A program made the position numbers and the translations under genes. Source: Peribolospora baueri (lineage: Eukaryota). From it: 64,000 nucleotides of DNA. Under the pieces are notes generated by a model. The model was not told where the DNA came from, did not search any database, and was given only the letters and a program-made list of their open reading frames with translations. Numbering within the stretch: the first letter of the stretch is position 1; the number at the start of each line of letters is the position of its first letter. Of the stretch, positions 1 through 11,960 are shown one piece after another. The stretch is taken from the NCBI GenBank assembly GCA_029717555.1, contig JAMDHS010000106.1:1-64000 (forward strand). The letters run 5' to 3'.

Positions 1-3
1 AAC

Positions 4-47
<44 letters not shown>

Positions 48-983
48 CACGAGGGTTCATTTGACCGTCGCAAAATAGAAAGTGCAGTCACTCGTCGACA
101 AGGTAGGACCGTGCTTCAGGGAACTAGTCAACTCACCGCCTTTATCTTCTTCTCTACCTCTTCCTCCTCCTTCTCCAGCCTCCTGGTCTCCATCTCCAAC
201 CCGCCCACCTCCCCATCTCCACCGCCACCGAAATCCAGCCCGCGGTGATGCTCTAGAACGATCCCCTTCGCGGCAGCATCGGTGATTCCAAAGACGTTGC
301 GACCAGAAAGACAGAAGAGCTCGAACGTATCGAAGGCGTGGTCGATGGCGTTTTCGAGGAGGGTGAGAATCTGATGAACGCCCTGTGGTGGCATACCAAA
401 AGAGGTAGTGTGAAACCGGTTCATGGAGAAATAAGCTGGAAAATAGACGAACAACGAGTCAGAGTCAATTCAGCCGAGTCGACTTACTGCCTCGGCCTCC
501 AGCTCCTTGCCCGGTCCTAGCTGATCTTTGGCGAAAGACTCGAAAGAGTCTCCGATAGTGTAGAGGTGCTCGTTGGCGGAGTATACAACAGCATCTACGT
601 ATGCTCGAGGATTAAATCCAAAGTGCTACGAAGGCAAGACAAAACGTCAGTGTGATAGAGTCAGCTCAACTTGGGTATTGGACAGCGACCCCCAAGCACG
701 CGACAGCAAATGAACGGGCGGGCGGTTGAGGGCCACCCACCTCAATGAGCAGCTCGAGATGTTTATCCACAGTGTTCGTCGGAGCTGTCCTGTCGGGTTC
801 CTTCCCTTTCTTCTCCTTCTCCTTGTCTTTGTCCTTCTCCTTTTCCTTCGCTTTCACCTTCTCCCTCTCTTTCTTGTCCTGCTCTCTTTCGCACTTGGAG
901 CTCGGTTTATCTGCCCTTGCTTCTTGTGCAGAGGTAGGGGCCGGGTGTGCTGATGAGCGACGGTTGGGACGGGTTGGCGGCAT
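1..983 (-). CDS. MIS12: Mis12/Mtw1-family kinetochore protein; 3' end runs off the window
   Basis: The ATG is at 983. The spliced product reads ...LELLIE|HFGFNPRAYVDAVVYSANEHLYTIGDSFESF...EAEA|GVHQILTLLENAIDHAFDTFELFCL, which matches the Mis12 N-terminal domain pattern. Introns are GT-AG, and a third intron starts near 137. Confidence 0.85.
5..46. repeat. A42 homopolymer (T42 on the Mis12 sense strand, probably intronic)
   Basis: 42 consecutive A residues; lies downstream of the Mis12 donor site GTGAGT near 137. Confidence 0.9.
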
Positions 984-1342
984 GGTACCGGGACGTTTCG
1001 CAGGAGGAAGGCGTCGTAGAAAAAGACCAAGTCGGCGATGAAGCCCTTCTACTCGATGTTCCGACCCTTTCCCGGCCAACCGCTCCACGCCCTCCGCGTC
1101 CACGTCCACAAACGCGTCCAACCCTAACTCGGCCTGCCGTGCACGTGCCACCTCTTTGTCAATGCCGCAGTCGGTTTCTGGGAGTCAGTGCGAGCGGTGA
1201 GCGGTTGAACACTTCAGGGAAGATCCGAAGAAGCAGCAGCTGGACAACTCAGACAACAACTCGACGCTTCCTTCCTGCTATCTGCCACCCCTCCCCCCCT
1301 TTGATCTCCGCTTCCCCCTCTTTCTTTGCCCTAGCTGTCACT

Positions 1343-4210
1343 ATGGCTCAACCTGAACGCCCATCCCAACTGCGCGGCCAGCCAGACGACGCGGCCGCCA
1401 GATGGCTCGTCCAGAAGTACGGCGGCACGAGCGTCGGAAAGTTCCTGGACACCATCACGGGAGAGATTGCTCCGTGAGTTTTCTCTTCTGTCCCAAGTTG
1501 TCCTCGCTTCTGCATTTGGTAGCTGCTATCTTGCAATGTGCTGCTACGAGTCGACGAGTTCTTCGGCGGGCTTACTGCCTTCAGCCTCGCAGACGTCATT
1601 CTGCTAACGACTGAGCACGCTTCTGCCCCCGCCCCCTTTTCCTTGCTTCTAGCAACTACCTCTCTCAACACCGTCTCGTTATTGTCTGCTCCGCTCGCTC
1701 CGGGAAGACGAAGGCCCTCGGCACCACCAACCTCCTTCTTCGCGCCGCCTCTGAAGCACTTCGCCCCCCTTCTACTCCTGGCTCCGCTGCCGGTGGTCGC
1801 TCCTCGTCCCTCTCTGGATCCTTCAGCCCATTTGGAAACGGCGGCGGGCGACGGGTTGGATCTACCGCCCATGGCTGGGCAAGCGGCGCTGCTACTCCTC
1901 AAAGGAGAAGGAGCTTGAGTAGGAGCAATAGTTATCTCGGTGGAAGCGGTCGGAACGGCGTCCGAGACCAGAACGGTAGCACTTCTAGTGCAGCAGCCGT
2001 CGCGGTGGCCAAGCTGGAGCAGACCTTTAGCAGGCTACAAATGAGTCCTACTCGAACCCCTGTCCCCGACTCGCCTGTATTGGACTCGAGCGCAAACGCC
2101 TCTCCCGCGTCAGACTCGCCCGCTCCCAACGGCGCTTCCGCTTCCCCTGCCACTTCCTCCATCACTGCAACTCCTACCGCATATCCCACACAAGATTCTG
2201 AAGAGGTGCCGATAGGCTTCGACGCAACGATCGACAAGATTTTAGAAGATCACCTCGAGGCGGCTCGCAGCGCAGTCAAGGGCGGGGGGGAGATTTTGGA
2301 AACGTTGGAGGAGGAACTTTATGAGGATTGTGAAAGGTTGAGAGATTTCTTGACTGCTACGCAGGTGAGTGGAGCGACTCATTGTATCGTCAGTGGGTTG
2401 GAAGCATCAGTAGAAAGGGAAGGCTCGCTTCACTGACCGAATCAGTGGACACGCCTTTCGGGAGCGTCGTGCTGAGCCGTTCTTGTTGACTATGTGGCCA
2501 TCTGCGTATATCTGTACCTCAACCTCAGATCATCGACGAAATTTCTCCTCGCTCGAAGGACCTCATCATCGGCGTAGGAGAAAAGTTGAGCTGTAGGGTC
2601 GTTACCGCCGCTTTGAGGGATCGGGTAAGTTGCATCGTCGTTGTGGGATATGTCTCAACTTATTTTCCTTTCAGACCGTCCATACTGATCTATCCATACT
2701 TCTTCTTCTGTTTCCTCCGTTCATCTTCGTTTCCCTTTATGCGCGTGGCAGGGCATCGACGCAGAACTGGTAACGCTGGAGGACATCGTCCAGCGCGCCC
2801 TTGCAGACGATGATGCGGACGCTAGCACAGGGGCTGGCAGTGGCCGAGACGACCCAGATATTCCGACGTTGGACCAAGCGTTCTATGCCAAGCTTGCTCA
2901 CGCTCTTGGAGATAGGCTCAGAGAGACCAAAGGCGTACCTGTCGTCACCGGTGAGCGGGTCACTTGTCTTCTTCACTTCCTCCGATATAAGACTCGTCCG
3001 GATCGCGTTGCTCAACCGTTGCCATCCTTGCATGTGCGCATATGATCCTGAAAGGATATTTCGGTGTTGTCCCCGGCTCGCTGCTCGCCCAGATTGGACG
3101 GGGTTACACGGATCTTTGTGCAGCTTTGTGTGCGGTGGGCCTAGACGCGGAAGAGCTGCAAGTATGGAAGGAGGTGGACGGTATCTTTACGGCGGACCCT
3201 CGCAAGGTGCCCACGGCGCGGTTGATCCCCATGATCACGCCGGACGAAGCCGCCGAGCTCACCTACTACGGAAGCGAGGTCATACATCCGTTCACGATGG
3301 AGCAGGTCATCAACGCACACATCCCTATTAGGATAAAAAATGTGGAGAACCCATCGGGCGGCGGTACGGTCATCTTCCCTGACGAAGGTGAGGCAGCGGT
3401 TGGTGGTGACGGAGGGGCGGTACCAAGCATTCCAGTGCCGTGGGGTGTATTCCAACTGTCGTCAGGCGCGGGCGGTGCCGGGTCGACGAACGTCGGAGCG
3501 CTACGCACTTCAGATAGACGCTATCCGACGGCGGTGACGATCAAGGACAATATTCTCATCCTCTCCGTGCTCTCCAACCGAAAGACCATCTCCCACGGCT
3601 TTTTCGCGCGCATATTCGGATGTCTCGACCGACACGGCGTCGTCGTTGATTTGATCTCCACCAGCGAGGTGTACGTCAGCATGGCCATTGATGCTGGCAT
3701 CGGAAGGCGCACGCTGGATAGGGTCGTGACGGAACTGAAAAAGATTGGTACGGTGAGTCTGTATGTCCATCGGCAGTGAAGGAGCCATCTCGGGGCGATT
3801 TGCTCACTCAGCCCACACTGTGTCCTCGCTGTCTATCGCCGCCAGGTCTCACTATCCCGCAACATGGCCATTCTCTCCCTGGTCGGCAAGGACATGAAGA
3901 ATATGGTCGGCATAGCCGGCAAGATGTTCAGCACCTTGGCCGACGGCAACGTGAACATCGAGATGATCAGCCAGGGAGCTTCGGAGATCAACATCTCGTG
4001 CGTGATCCATGAAGCTTCGAGCGCCAAGGCGCTCAACCTCATTCATTATAGCTTGTTGAAGGAGGAGGAGAGGCCAGGTGGGGCGCATTTCGGTCGTGAG
4101 TTTGAGACGCCTTTTTTCTTCCAGTTCACGTCCGCTTCGCCGACTCATGTTCTTGTTTCCGTTGTTATCGCGTCGTGGAACCTACTTGCCTCTCAGGATC
4201 ATTTTTCTGA
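1343..4210 (+). CDS. HOM3: Aspartate kinase with C-terminal ACT domains, multi-exon
   Basis: Motifs WLVQKYGGTSVGKF, IVCSARS...GTTNLL, IGRGYTDL, WKEVDGIFTADPRKVP, ELTYYGSEVIHP and ACT-like VNIEMISQGASEINISCVI. The last short exon is inferred to end at TGA 4208-4210. Confidence 0.95.
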
Positions 4211-5174
4211 TCGGCTCGCCCCGCGCCGGGTCGGAAGCACCGCGCGCGCTCCGTTCTACTTGGGACATGTCTCCTTTTGCCGCCCTAGAACACGAGGAGT
4301 TGCAACCGCACTTGCTCACTATCCTTCGCCCTTTCACGGTAGATGTCGTCTTTCCGACTGCGTTCTCTCTCGGACTCTCTCGTCCTCCCGTTTCATGTAT
4401 CTTGCGTAGATGTGTCGTGAACCTGGATGATTCGTTTCGCCCGGCGCACTCTTGCGCCGATCATTCACGCTCCTTGCCGCAAAGAAAGAGGAAGACGGAC
4501 GACAGAGACGGACAGACGAACGCTTTGGAACACGTGTTATATTCTCCACTCCCGAGTCCGGCACTCGTCCCTGTTGCCCGTCCTCAAACGTCGTCGAATA
4601 ACCCCCGGGAGCACGGACGGATTGGAGAAGAAATCGCTGCAGCGGGTGTGAGAACGAAGGACGATTGCACCTCGCAATGTTGGACACGATCGACCCTGCT
4701 CCGGCATTACAAGCACCAGCTCGACGCGGACGCGGACGGGACGACACTCTGCTCTATCCCTCGAGGACTGGATGGTGGTCTGGAGCGCATTGAGCTTACG
4801 TCCAAGAGGGCCCCTTCCGGAGAGAGAGACCATGACCCCCCCCCCCTTGATGGTCGATCCAGCCTGAGGGGAGGCAAGAAGTGCGCAAACGAGGCAGGCG
4901 ATAGCGGGGCAAGTCGGGGAGACGGGAGTCTGCTGCTCTAGCTTGTCAGGCTTGAATGGTCTGGATACGCCAGAGGTCATCTCCATCTGGGAGATAGTCA
5001 CGCAGAGGATCAGGATCCAACTCTACCTGGGACAGGCGGGCCATTGACCGGAGCTGGGGCGGATCCGTCATGGATCTGTTGATTCGCCGCCTGCACCACC
5101 TGCTCGCCCAGCATCGAAGGACCTGCGCCGGCCAATTCCGTCCGGGCAGACCGACGAATTTTGAATCCTTCTTG

Positions 5175-6939
5175 TCATCCTGACGCGCATGTTCGTCCTC
5201 CATCTATCCGACGTCTTGGCAATGGAACTTGCACATGCAATAACCCTTGTGTGGTTCGTCGAAGGCAACCCAGCAGATCGGGAGGGTGACCTGGCCTTAG
5301 GTGGAGAGCTGCCGATGTGCCTGCGAACGTCGATCCTGACGGTGTTGCACGGGCGTATACGGGTGGAGGCGAAGTGAGGCAGTCTACCGATCCAACCGTG
5401 TTTCCCTCCGGGCTGCTCACCTCGCTCCGTGCCTGTTCTATTGGCGGCGACAAAGACCATCGACCTCTGTCGCTCATCCCTTTCAACCGACTCCGTCCTT
5501 CGCCACCCCTCCGTCCTGCCGGCCGTCCCCATCGTCCGCGCCCATTCCGCTTCCGTGACTTGGCCGCTCTCATGGAGCAATCGCAGACGTTCCGCACGCT
5601 CCCCCTCGTCCTCCCACAGCGGACGACACCGCTGAGCCCAATAATTGAGCGTCGACCAGCTGTATAATGATCGGGCCTCTTTGTCGCCCGAGGGCCCGAC
5701 GCCTGCGTCGTCGTCGTCGTCGTCTTCACTCGAAGCACCCTCCTTTTCGTCTGCCTGTCGGTCGGATCCATCGGAAGAGGAGTCGAAAGCTTGATGGGGA
5801 ATGTCCTTGACACTAGCGTTCCACGCCATGGGCATGAGGAGCATATCGACCTTCCGATCGCGGCAAAACGTCGCCAGCTCGTAGAGGGAGAAGCGCGCCG
5901 TAAAGTTGTAAGCTGGACGACCGACGGATGAGCATGGACGGGAACAGGGAGGGGAACGAGACGACCGTACCGTCAGCACGACTCTCGTTCCGCGTTCCCT
6001 TTTTGCGCGGATCTTCTGGTGTGAAAAATTACGCACGGTTCAAGTCCATGCAGATGGCGACGCAGATCTGTCCTGGCCGTCATTGCAAAGGAAAGCAGGG
6101 TCTGAGATCGGGGAAGAAAGCGGGGTATCGCAAGGCGAGCATAACGAGCCTCCTCACCCGTCCCAAGATGGGAAGATCGACGACCTCAAAACCGCGGCCT
6201 TCACTCGCCCATCGCACGTCGTCTTGGAAGAGGAAACGCTTGCGAAAGACGTGGAGGAGCGTGCCAGAAGGCGATACCAGCAAGGCCGAGTTGTAGGCCC
6301 TCTCTTCAGCGGCTGCACCGCGAGAGGGCGTGAAAGAGGAGGCCTCGGGAAAGCCGGCGATGACGTAGCATCGCAGGCGAGTAGCGAGTCTGGCAGAAAG
6401 AGAATACGTCGGGGAAGGGTCCCGAGCGGGCTCGTCGCTGCTCAGACTCGAAGAGACACCTTGGCGCGTTTGGGACGTCTGCAAAGGCGGAGAAGACACG
6501 GGCGGAGGTCGCTCCAGGAAGCGCGAGATCTCGGCCGAGTCCTGAAATACGTAACCTGGGCCGAAGAAAAGCGGGGCAGGGCCAGAAGGAAGGAGGCGAT
6601 GTGCGCATTGTCAAGGCTGGGGCAAGTCGACCGACGACCCCCTTCTCGATCGTGAGCGGAGGTGTCGTCTCACCCGTCAAAGCTAGCTCCGGAAGGACCA
6701 AGACGTCGAGGGTGCCGGGCAGAAGACTGTATTGTATGTCCAACGAAAAGCGGACGCAATTAGCCAAAGCCAACGTTCGCTGAGCTTTCTTTCGCTCGCT
6801 CGGTCTTGTCTTTTCCATCTACTTTATCCCATCCGGGAACTGACCTTTGGCAGATCCGCTCTATCTTGTCCGCATTCTTCTCCACCATTCCCCATCGCGG
6901 GGCGATCTGGACCGTCGCTATCCTCACTCTCGCTGCCAT
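5175..6939 (-). CDS. NTA1: Carbon-nitrogen hydrolase, protein N-terminal amidase (Nta1-like), multi-exon
   Basis: Reads IATVQIAPRWG...LVLPELALTGY...YNSALLVSP...FRKRFLF...ICMDLNPYNFTARF...MPMAW...NYWAQR...AANRTGTE. The Glu-Lys-Cys triad and the Nta1-type ICMDLNP motif are present. Confidence 0.85.
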
Positions 6940-7764
6940 GCTTGCCTGCTGCCGTCTGAGCGCCGTCCTGAACATTCGCTCATTCCACGGGTGAGAGAGG
7001 CCAAGCTAGGCAAGTGGCTGCCGTCGGCGTCCTTGTCTTTCTCTTGTCGGTCCTTCGCTTCGGTCCCGTGACTACGTGTGCCGCCGCGGTCGGTCGATCG
7101 CTAGCGGCCCGGAGATCATTGATCGGTGCGGAATAGAACACGGACGTGGTGGAGGGTGGAGGAGGGGAGGATGACGGGTGCAAAGGGCCGTGGTGCTCCG
7201 CATCCGGCAGGAAGTGCTATCGGAAGCGTCTTTCTGTCTCTACCTCTGGACTTACGCGCCACGGCCCATGCGGAGAACGAACGAACGACATCCATTCGAC
7301 TCGCATTCTCATTCGCATTCGCCTTCGTCTTCGCAGGCACATATGCGCTTGCATACACCTCGCCGAGGACACACGGGCTGCAGCAGATGCGTCAGCTGGT
7401 CTTACGCCCGGGATCAGTTCGGCTGTCCGGACCGCCGACCGCCGGGTAACCTTGGCCAATAACTTCCGGTCGTACGTGGGCGGCAGCAGCGACATGGGTA
7501 GGCAAATAACGACGACTCGTTTGCGTTGGCGGCGGGGAAGAGAGAGAAAAAGAGACGGCGTGAGGACGACGAGACTGACTAGCTAGCTCACTAGTCGGCA
7601 ACCTGACCGACCGACACACAGACAGCACCGCAGGCAGCTGGCTGATATAAAACGCAGCTTGGGTTCGGCTCGGCCAGTTGCGTCGCTCGAGCGTCCTTCG
7701 CCTGTCTTTCGTGGGTGCCCCGCCTCCTTCCTTCCCTACGCAGCACGAAACGGACGAATCGAAG

Positions 7765-10700
7765 ATGCGCCTCCTCGACCAGACTTCCTCCCTCGCCTTG
7801 CTGGCGGCGACCGGCCTGTCCGCCTCTCATCTCGCCGCTGCCCTGCCCTCATCTCCTTCCGACGCCGAGCTAGAGTACCAGGCCGGTCCGGCGACCAACA
7901 GGGGCGTCTTTGATCAACTCGACATCGCCGCGCTCCAAGCGCGCTCCGACGACGACGAGTACGGACTGGCCCCCGTTCGCAGGCAGCTTGTCGCTGCGCG
8001 CAATGGCACGGGCAATGCAAACTACACCCAGGCCGACTTGGACGCGCTGTGGGCCAACGTGAGTGGATCGTCTACGCCGTTCGCTGCGGGCAGCGTAGGG
8101 CGCAGCAAACGGAGGTCTTTCATTTCATGGTCCTAACTCCTCCTTCCATTCTTCCTTTTTCCCACCTCCATGATCAGGTCGAGAAGACTCGCCCGGTAGA
8201 GTATTCTCCCATCAACACCACCCGTCCGGCGCCGTCCCACATCGACATCCCGGTCGACCCCTTCACCCTCCAGAGCGAGGCGGATTACTACTCGCCCACC
8301 GACAAGACCTCCGGTCTTCGCTTCCCGCCTGGTTTCATTTACGGCGTGGCGAGCGCCGCTCCTCAGGTTGAAGGCGCCACTAAGGGTGAGTGCTGGGGAG
8401 AAGGAAGGATGCGCGTTATGGCATTTCGTTGACGGCTGTTTACTCCTCATTCCCACTCAACTCGCCTTGTAGATGATGGCAAGGGGTGAGCGAGCGCAGC
8501 GACCCGCACTTGTCCATCCGGACCTCCTTTCAGCCGTTCATTCTTGTCCATCTTTCCTTCGTTCCAGACCGAACACATGGGACTGGTGCGCGCACCGCGT
8601 TCCCAACTGCAGTGAGTAGACATCCTTTATCATCCTCAACATGCCTTTCCATTCACACCGCCGACGCTCTTTCCTCCCAGTCGCCGAAAACTTCACGCTT
8701 GATATCGCCGATAACCAGGTGAGCAGCGGGGGGAGTCCCTTTCCATCGCGGCGAGGCTGTACACGACTTTCTGACAAGGATGCTTTGATCACCTCCAGTA
8801 TTACCTCTACAAGCAAGACATTGTACTGTGTCGTGAAAGCCGCCTCCTTGTGCCGTTCGATGGTGACAGAATAGACGCATTGACGCCTCCCTACGCGTTC
8901 GCAGGCTCGGATTGCGGCGATGGGCATCAACGCGTACAGCTTCAGCATTGCCTGGACCCGAATTTACCCCTTCGGAAACGGTGAGATGAATCTTACTGTT
9001 TTCTTTTCTGACATTTCTGAACAAGGCGTATGCGGGTCCAAGCAAGGCTGTGGTGCGTCCGAGATTCCGAACGAGTGCTCGACGCTAATCCCTTCTGTCC
9101 GCGTCGTTGTGCAGGTCCTGTGAACGAGAAAGGCCTCGAGCATTACGATGCCGTTATCGACGAGGTCATCAAAGCCGGCCTTACGCCCATCGTCACCCTC
9201 TTCCATTGTACGTCGTATCCGATTCTCTCGGTTCCACCCTTTGCACGACCGCTAATATCATTTCCTTCTTATTACCCTAGGGGACACGCCGCTCAACATT
9301 GAGCTCACTTACGGCTCCTTCCGCAGTCCGGAAGTGGTCAACGACTTTGCGACGTATGCCAAGACCGTCTTTGAGAGGTACGGCAATAAGGTCAAGCGTG
9401 AGTGGTGACCAAGAAGGCGATGTGGACGTTAGGATCGCCTTGTGATTTCCATTCTAATTTGCCTCTCCTTCCCATGATGTCGCAGACTGGATAACGTTCA
9501 ACGAGGTGAGCTCTTCCCGTCATCTCCATTTGGACCTGGCGTTCATATGGGCTCATGACGCCTTTCCCTTTACTCTTAAACCCCCCCCCCCCCTCGGCCA
9601 TCAGCCCAACGTCTACTGCAGCGACTACTCCAAGACCGTGCCCCTTAACATCACCAACCCCACGGGCCTGAACGACACGCAGTCGAGGTTCCACTGCTCC
9701 TACTACCTGCTCAAGTCCCACGGCACTGCCGTCAAGATTTACCGTGACTTGGTTGCAAGCGGCAAGATTGCAAAGGGTGAAGTGCGTTGAACTTATTTCC
9801 TTGTCGGTCATCTCCTCTTAGGGTATGCGATGCCGAACTCGTTTTCTCCTGTCCACTTCTACTTCTGCGACGCAGGTTGGTTTCAAGAACGACGACAGCC
9901 TTCCTATTCCTGTGAGCTGGCCTCCATCTGGTCACCTGGCCCTCACCTTAATCCAGTATTGCCTTTTTAGTCACTCACCTCGTCCGTGCTCTTGGACCGT
10001 GCCTTGCGCGTAGTACCGCCCCGGCAACAAGGACGACCTCGAAGTGTGCGCCCGCCACGAGGCCTTTGCCATCGGTCTCTTTGCGGAACCCGTCTACGGG
10101 TCCGGGGACTGGCCGCAGATCGTCAAGGACACCATCCCGGCCAATGCTCTGCCTGCGTTCACCGAAGAGGACAAGCAGTTGATCAAGGGTGAGTTGACTT
10201 AGCAGACCTGCAAGACGACACTGTCAGTTGACGACGGCTTTCGTTCGATCCTTGTTTACTATACTCCTTTACGCAGGTTCGGCTGAGTGAGCGCTGATAC
10301 TGCGGACAGCTCTTCATGGAGAGTCATCGTGTCGCACCAACTGACACACCAGTTCCTTTCTTTCTACTTTCGCATTTTAAACAGCTTCTTTGCCATCGAC
10401 ATGTGAGACGCCGTGCACCTCACTTCCACTCGCCCGTCTGCCGATAGGAAAGACTGACTGATCTCTGACGAAATCGTCGCAGGTACGACACGAGAATCGC
10501 CAAGGCCGTCGAGAACGTCACGATTGCCGAATGCGCCGCCGATCCTAATAACGTCGCCTGGTTAGTTTTCCCTTTTTTTTCTCGTTTGGTCTTTGTGTGT
10601 GAGCTCTGCTTATAAGTTGACGTTTCCGGCTGCGAAATTCAGGCCGGTTTGCCAGGATCAGTCGGACCCTAAGTACAGCACTACGCGTGCCGACGGCTGG

Positions 10701-11769
10701 ACACTCGGCGAGCTGGCGGACCCCAAGGCCGCCTGGCTCTACAACTGTATGTTTCATGCTGGACTGAGGGAACCCTGGACAGGAACCAGCAGTCTTCTCA
10801 CTTTCTCTCCCATTTGCCTTCCTGCTCGTCCTTTTTTGCTTAGCCGCTGGGTGAGTCGCCGTCGTGTGTCAGACCCTCTCAATGACACGACTGACATGCG
10901 CTGACACTCTTTGCTCCCCGGACCTCGGCGCAGTTGGAACCGCGGGTTCTTGAAGTATCTCCACAAGACGTACCCGAGTCCCAAGATTTACGTGAGTCAC
11001 GCGAACCCCGTAGGGTTCCTGGTCCGTTTTATTGTCATAGCGGCGTTCGTACTAATCCTCCGCGCCCTTTTTTTGTTTTGGCAGGTCTCCGAGTTTGGTT
11101 TCGCCGAGCCCTACGAGAACAACAAGACCGAGCTCTTCCAGATCACTCAGGACAACGCTCGGTGAGATTCTTCCTTAACTCCCTTTTCTCGGCAACTGAC
11201 ACGTCAGGCTCACGCGCGGATAACATATATTTTACGCCCTTATCAGTGCCAGGTATTTCACTGACTCGCTCAGCGAGATCCTCCTCGCTTATCACGAGGA
11301 CGAATTGCCGATGGCCGGGTGAGAAATTCTCTCTTCTTTCCCGTCAGCTGTGGACGTCTGCTCCTTCCTCGGTCGATCATTTCTGACGTCTTGGGTCGCC
11401 GTTTCGCTCCCTCCTGCAGCGTCATCGCTTGGTCGCTTGTCGACAACTTCGAATGGTACCTCGGTCTCAGCCTCCGCTTTGGACTGCAGTACGGTAAGCT
11501 ATCCGACTTGCTGTCGTCATATCCCTCTCTCAAGTCCGCAGCAAACTGACCCTCGCGTGCCCGTTGGACACATGCATTACCTTATGATTTCCAGTCAACT
11601 ACACGGACACCGAGTGAGCAGCAGCTTTTTTTTCTGTTCTGCGACGCTTTAGGGATTCGTCACCAAACCCCTTGCCTCACTCTTGCATTTCTACAGGAAC
11701 CTGCCTCGCTACTACAAGCGCTCCTTCTTCGCCGTGCGAGATTTCGCCAAGAAGCATCTGTCCAGCTGA
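7765..11769 (+). CDS. Secreted glycoside hydrolase family 1 (beta-glucosidase/beta-hexosyltransferase-like), about 24 exons
   Basis: Signal-peptide-like N-terminus MRLLDQTSSLALLAATGLSASHLAAA. Motifs FPPGFIYGVASAAPQVEG, YSFSIAWTRIYP, TLFHWDTP, acid/base WITFNEP, nucleophile YVSEFG and WSLVDNFEW. The frame is continuous across 23 manually placed GT-AG introns. Confidence 0.93.
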
Positions 11770-11960
11770 GACGGTGGATCATCGGATGCTTGCCGAGACG
11801 AAGCGAGCCAGACGATCGATGCTTATGAAATTACATTCGGTATCTGAAATCGAGATAACCTATGAAATGAAGTGAAAGGACGACGGAGAAGGTCGAAAGA
11901 AAAAAATAATAAAAAACGAAGGTAGAACTTCACGAGGACCAGTCACTTGCGCACAATCGC

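Noticed and set aside
4211..5174. ORFs 4078-4941 (+) and 4537-5001 (-) between the convergent HOM3 and NTA1 genes
   Set aside because: There are no recognisable motifs or clear gene structure. These are likely chance ORFs in GC-rich DNA, although a decayed relic cannot be excluded.
5175..11769. Divergent nitrilase-superfamily gene plus beta-glucosidase as a cyanogenic-glycoside or glucosinolate detoxification pair
   Set aside because: The C-N hydrolase has Nta1-type motifs (ICMDLNP, MAW, YW..R) rather than the nitrilase CWE motif, so it is probably the housekeeping N-end-rule amidase.
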